Source: an uncultured delta proteobacterium
Lineage (GTDB): Bacteria > Desulfobacterota > RBG-13-43-22
Direction: 5' to 3'
NCBI GenBank assembly: GCA_963711835.1
Contig: CAVQFQ010000005.1
Span: forward strand, 329,759 to 393,758
Length of the DNA: 64,000 nucleotides
The translations under genes and the position numbers were made by a program. Shown here piece by piece: positions 60,342-64,000 of the stretch. Within the stretch, counting starts at the first letter, position 1. Every line of letters begins with the position of its first letter. The notes below the pieces were generated by a model, which saw only the letters and a program-made list of their open reading frames with translations, did not search any database and was not told where the DNA came from.

Positions 60342-61895
60342 ATGATGGCTATGAGACTCGGAATTGACTTTGGAACAACCCGCACTGTAGTCGCTGGGGT
60401 GGAGGACGGGAACTATCCGGTCTGCACCTTCTCGTGGGAAGGTGAACTCAAGGAGTACATCCCTTCACTCGTTGCCGTGAAAAACAATACCCTCCACTTT
60501 GGCTGGGATGCGGTGAAATGGCATAAGGACCCAGAAGTGCACCTGCTGCGTTCTGTGAAGCGGCTTATAGGTCAGCTCCGGCCGGATGATCCCATAGAAA
60601 TCGGGCCAGACTTTTCCATCTCAGCCGTAAAGCTCATCACCCATTTTCTGGCACATGTAAAGAAAATGGTTTTGCGGCATAGTAACCTCATCCTCGCCAA
60701 GAACCAGCCGGTTGAGGCGATGGTGGCCGCTCCGGCTAATGCCAACAGTAACCAGCGCTACATTACCTTGGAAGCCTTCCGGAGAGCTGGCTTCCGTGTG
60801 CTAGGCCTGATGAACGAGCCTTCCGCTGCGGCGGTGGAATTTGTATATCGTTACCTGAGAAATCTTGGACCAAAAAGCCCCAAAGAGTACGTTGTCGTCT
60901 ACGATTTAGGCGGGGGAACCTTTGATACCTCTGTGGTCGGGTTTGCCGAACACAATTACGATGTAATTACCCACGAGGGGATCGCCCGGCTCGGCGGAGA
61001 CGATTTCGACCAGATCATCCTCGACCAGGTCCTCCAGAATTTAAGAAGCTCTCGGAAGGACTTGAACCGAAACGAGGAAGCCCGCCTGCTGGAGGAATGC
61101 CGAGAGCGCAAAGAAGGCCTGAAGCCCAATACCCAAAAGATGATGTTGGATCTGGGACCGGTTCTCGGCGAGGAGAAAATGGTGGTCCTTGGGACCAAAG
61201 AGATCTATGAGCAATGCTTACCCCTTATAGAACGGAGCTTAAATACCGTCAACGCCGTAATGCAGAATCTCCGCCGGGTCGGGATCGACCCTGAAAACAG
61301 CCAAAATTTTGCAGCGATTTATCTGGTAGGCGGATCGGTGGTCTTCCCGCCAGTATCCCGCAGGCTACGGGAGTCCTACGGTCGCAAGGTGAAAATCTCC
61401 CCCTACCCCCATGCCGCCACTGCGATTGGGCTTGCAATCACCGCGGACCCCCAGGCCCGGATACATATCCGTGAATCGGTCTCCCGCAACTTCGGACTCT
61501 GGCGGGAGCAGGAAGGGGGCCGGGACAAGGTTTTTGATACGATATTTCAAAAAGACAACTGGCTGGATCCCTTGGCAGACCGGCAGCAGGTGATCAGGAT
61601 GTACCGCCCGATGCACAATGTCGGCCATCTGCGTTACCAGGAGTGCAGCGCCCTTGGGCCAGACGGGGAACCTCGGGGTGACATTACCGTCTGGCAGGAA
61701 GTCTATTTCCCCTATGATTCTGAACTAAAAAGATATAAGGACTTGGCCCGCGTTCCCATCGAAAGACGACCGGATCTCGCCCGGCAGGAAATACGCGAGA
61801 CTTATACCTATGACACCCAGGGAATGATTCGCGTGGAGATTGAAAACCGTACCGGCGGGTACCGGAAGGTCTATACCTTTAGACTGAGGACTTAA
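60342..61895 (+). CDS. Atypical Hsp70-family protein
   Basis: GIDFGTT, NEPSAAA, YDLGGGTFD, LGGDDFD, LVGG; non-canonical C-terminus. Confidence 0.88.
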   Translation: MMAMRLGIDFGTTRTVVAGVEDGNYPVCTFSWEGELKEYIPSLVAVKNNTLHFGWDAVKWHKDPEVHLLRSVKRLIGQLRPDDPIEIGPDFSISAVKLITHFLAHVKKMVLRHSNLILAKNQPVEAMVAAPANANSNQRYITLEAFRRAGFRVLGLMNEPSAAAVEFVYRYLRNLGPKSPKEYVVVYDLGGGTFDTSVVGFAEHNYDVITHEGIARLGGDDFDQIILDQVLQNLRSSRKDLNRNEEARLLEECRERKEGLKPNTQKMMLDLGPVLGEEKMVVLGTKEIYEQCLPLIERSLNTVNAVMQNLRRVGIDPENSQNFAAIYLVGGSVVFPPVSRRLRESYGRKVKISPYPHAATAIGLAITADPQARIHIRESVSRNFGLWREQEGGRDKVFDTIFQKDNWLDPLADRQQVIRMYRPMHNVGHLRYQECSALGPDGEPRGDITVWQEVYFPYDSELKRYKDLARVPIERRPDLARQEIRETYTYDTQGMIRVEIENRTGGYRKVYTFRLRT

Positions 61896-62379
61896 AACCG
61901 AACAAGGGGCTTTGAGGTTAAAACCCTGACATGAAAAAAATCAGACCTGCAAAAACTCCTTACTTGGCATGATCAATTCTTATAAGGATGGTTTAACTGG
62001 TGGTCAGAGGCTTTTTCAGGGTTTTCAAGAATCTTGAAAAACTGTTTTGGACTTCACCTACTCTTGTTTGGGAACTGGATTGAAAGCAAAGGATTACTAA
62101 TTGAAACAAGCCAAAAAAGGCAAGAGCCCAATGAAAGTATAATTCTAAAATCCTATAATGTAATTTTTCAGTAAGCATCTTTATAAAAACAATCCCTTAC
62201 CTAAAGACGGTCAATTCCCCATCAATCCCCTAAAATTTTAACTACAAGAAATTCCTATTAAAAGAAAAGGAATTCCATAACAGGGAAAAATATTCCCATT
62301 TTATATTTTTATCAAATAATTGAATAATATAACCCGCTGATAAAGCTACTCTTTATTGGAATTTACTAATAACAAACTT

Positions 62380-62395
62380 GGGCATTAATTTTGCT
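62380..62395 (+). promoter_or_regulatory. Possible sigma54 promoter of the exeA-like gene
   Basis: GGCATTAATTTTGCT (GG-N10-GC); lacks the CCTCCA-N4-TGGAGG boxes. Confidence 0.45.
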
Positions 62396-62465
62396 TATAA
62401 TAAACAAGAGACCCTTACATTTAAGGTAAGGACTCCTGCGCTCGTCTTTGAAGGAATAGCAAATC

Positions 62466-63829
62466 ATGTATTGCGATTTTTATCAACTTAGAGAAAACCC
62501 TTTTCAAATTACCCCGAATCCAGCCTTTTACTTTTTAAGCCACAGTCATAAAGAAGCCTCGGAAATCATCACTTACGGTGTGGAACAAGGAAAAGGATTT
62601 ATTGTCATTTCGGGTGAAGATGGTGTAGGGAAAACAACCCTTCTCCATGCTTCCCTCAAGGAAATGGAGAAGGCCGAGAAAAAGATTATTTGTGTCTTCA
62701 ATGGCAATTTCTCTTTTATCGGACTTCTAAAGATGATAGCCCGGAAGCTAAAACTGGAGGTTAAGGATGATGAATCTTCGCTGCTTTTAGATATCTATGA
62801 GGCTTTAATTAAAAAAAATGAGGAAGGGAACAACCTGGTTTTGCTTGTTGACGATGCCCACGACATGCCCATTGAAACCCTCGAAAAACTTCGCATTCTT
62901 GCAAACCTGGAGACGCCGAAAAAAAAACTAATCCAGGTTGTTCTGGCCGGGCAGTCGGAGCTGGAAAGCAAACTCAACCTAAAGGATTTAAGGCAGCTCA
63001 AACAGCGCATTGTCTTAAGAAGCACCCTTTCCCCCTTAACGAAGGAAGAAAGTCTGGATTATATAAAATTTCGACTCCAAAAGGCTGGCGGGTATGCCCC
63101 CTCTATCTTTACCAAAAAAGCGATGGATAAAGTCGTAAGCTACTCCAATGGGATTCCTCGAACCATTAATATCATTTGCGATAATGCCATGGACACCAGA
63201 TTTACATCCCTTCAAAAAAGAGTGTCTGTCAAAATTGTCAAGGGAGTGATCACTAATATAAATGGGAAAGAAAACAGATCCACCATCCGGTTAGTTTCAG
63301 CTTCCTTGACCACCATACTTTTAGGGTTGGGCATATTTGGATTTTTCACGTATTATAGCTCCTTGACTGACAGAAAAGACCTCCATTCCTCTACCTTGGC
63401 CGTTTCGGAGAAACCTGCCAAGTTGTTGTCCCTGAAAAAATTAAAATGGACAACCCTCTATCGGGGAACATGAACGATCCAACAGCTAAAAAGGAAATTA
63501 TAACCCCCGATAGGCAAAAGACTTTATTAAACCAGAAAACAAATTCCACAGCATCCGGCAATCTCTCTTCGGTAAATAGCCTTCAAGATGCAAATGAAAA
63601 GCCGCTGGCCGAAAAAAAGGGGAATAAGGTGCGATTTCCCGTTATCAAAAAAGTAAGAAAAGGAGACAATCTTTATCGGCTCACACTAAATGTTTATGGT
63701 TCCAGGAATCAAGAACTCTTGGAATTCGTCAAAAAAAATAATCCCACGATTAAGGATAACTATGAAATTCGGGTTGGAGAAAAAATCATTTTTCCTTATT
63801 GGAAAGAAAAAAAGGGGGGGGTTGGTTAA
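62466..63829 (+). CDS. ExeA/GspA-type AAA ATPase + TM + LysM domain (split near 63420, probably one gene)
   Basis: PFQITPNP, GEDGVGKTT, LVDDAH, GIPRTINIICDNA; second ORF has LysM-like VRKGDNL...NP.I....I.VGEKI.FP. Confidence 0.8.
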
Positions 63830-64000
63830 ATTGGAGGCAAATTGAGTTGCAGGATTCTCGTCAGTTCAATAGCGAAGTGCAGCCTTTAGGAACAGGAAGG
63901 TTGACGGTGTCCTAAGTGGATCTGCCCTGAGACGATAGGATTTTAATCGGTAGCTCTCTAATTTATAACTACTTCGATTTTATCACTAAGACAGAAAAAA

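Overview
Bacterial chromosomal window; gene content and repeat types suggest Desulfobacterota/'deltaproteobacterium' (inference). The left flank (0.2-8.8 kb) is housekeeping and carbon metabolism: rlmN, HI0933-type flavoprotein, pgm, pgl, gpmA, malQ, queF. The right flank (50.7-64 kb) holds tex, an acyltransferase, SMP-30, a cyclase, an MFS transporter, a cyclophilin, Hsp20, an atypical Hsp70 and ExeA-LysM. Between them is a ~41 kb, almost entirely + strand island. It opens with a KaiA-less kaiC-kaiB-kaiB operon whose fourth gene is a PAS-PAS sigma54 enhancer-binding protein (GAFTGA AAA+, Fis-HTH). Five dispersed copies of a ~160 bp cassette follow (13953, 20221, 22268, 29592, 36502). Each has two tandem 16-bp near-palindromes (consensus CCTCCA-N4-TGGAGG), an IHF-like site and a GG-N10-GC sigma54 promoter at fixed spacing. 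Downstream cargo is general-stress-response type: cls, CsbD, OsmY/BON, ElaB/YqjD, YtxH, YihY, DUF3309, DUF3096, lmo0937-like, Spy/CpxP, FtsH and a GT4/GH130/PMM cluster. The best candidate for a new system is a KaiBC-gated sigma54 general-stress regulon; the parts are visible in the sequence but their coupling is inferred. Several single-base frameshifts in ordinary genes point to sequencing or assembly errors, so the apparent KaiC-KaiB fusion must be treated cautiously. All family assignments are from motif recognition by eye, not database searches.
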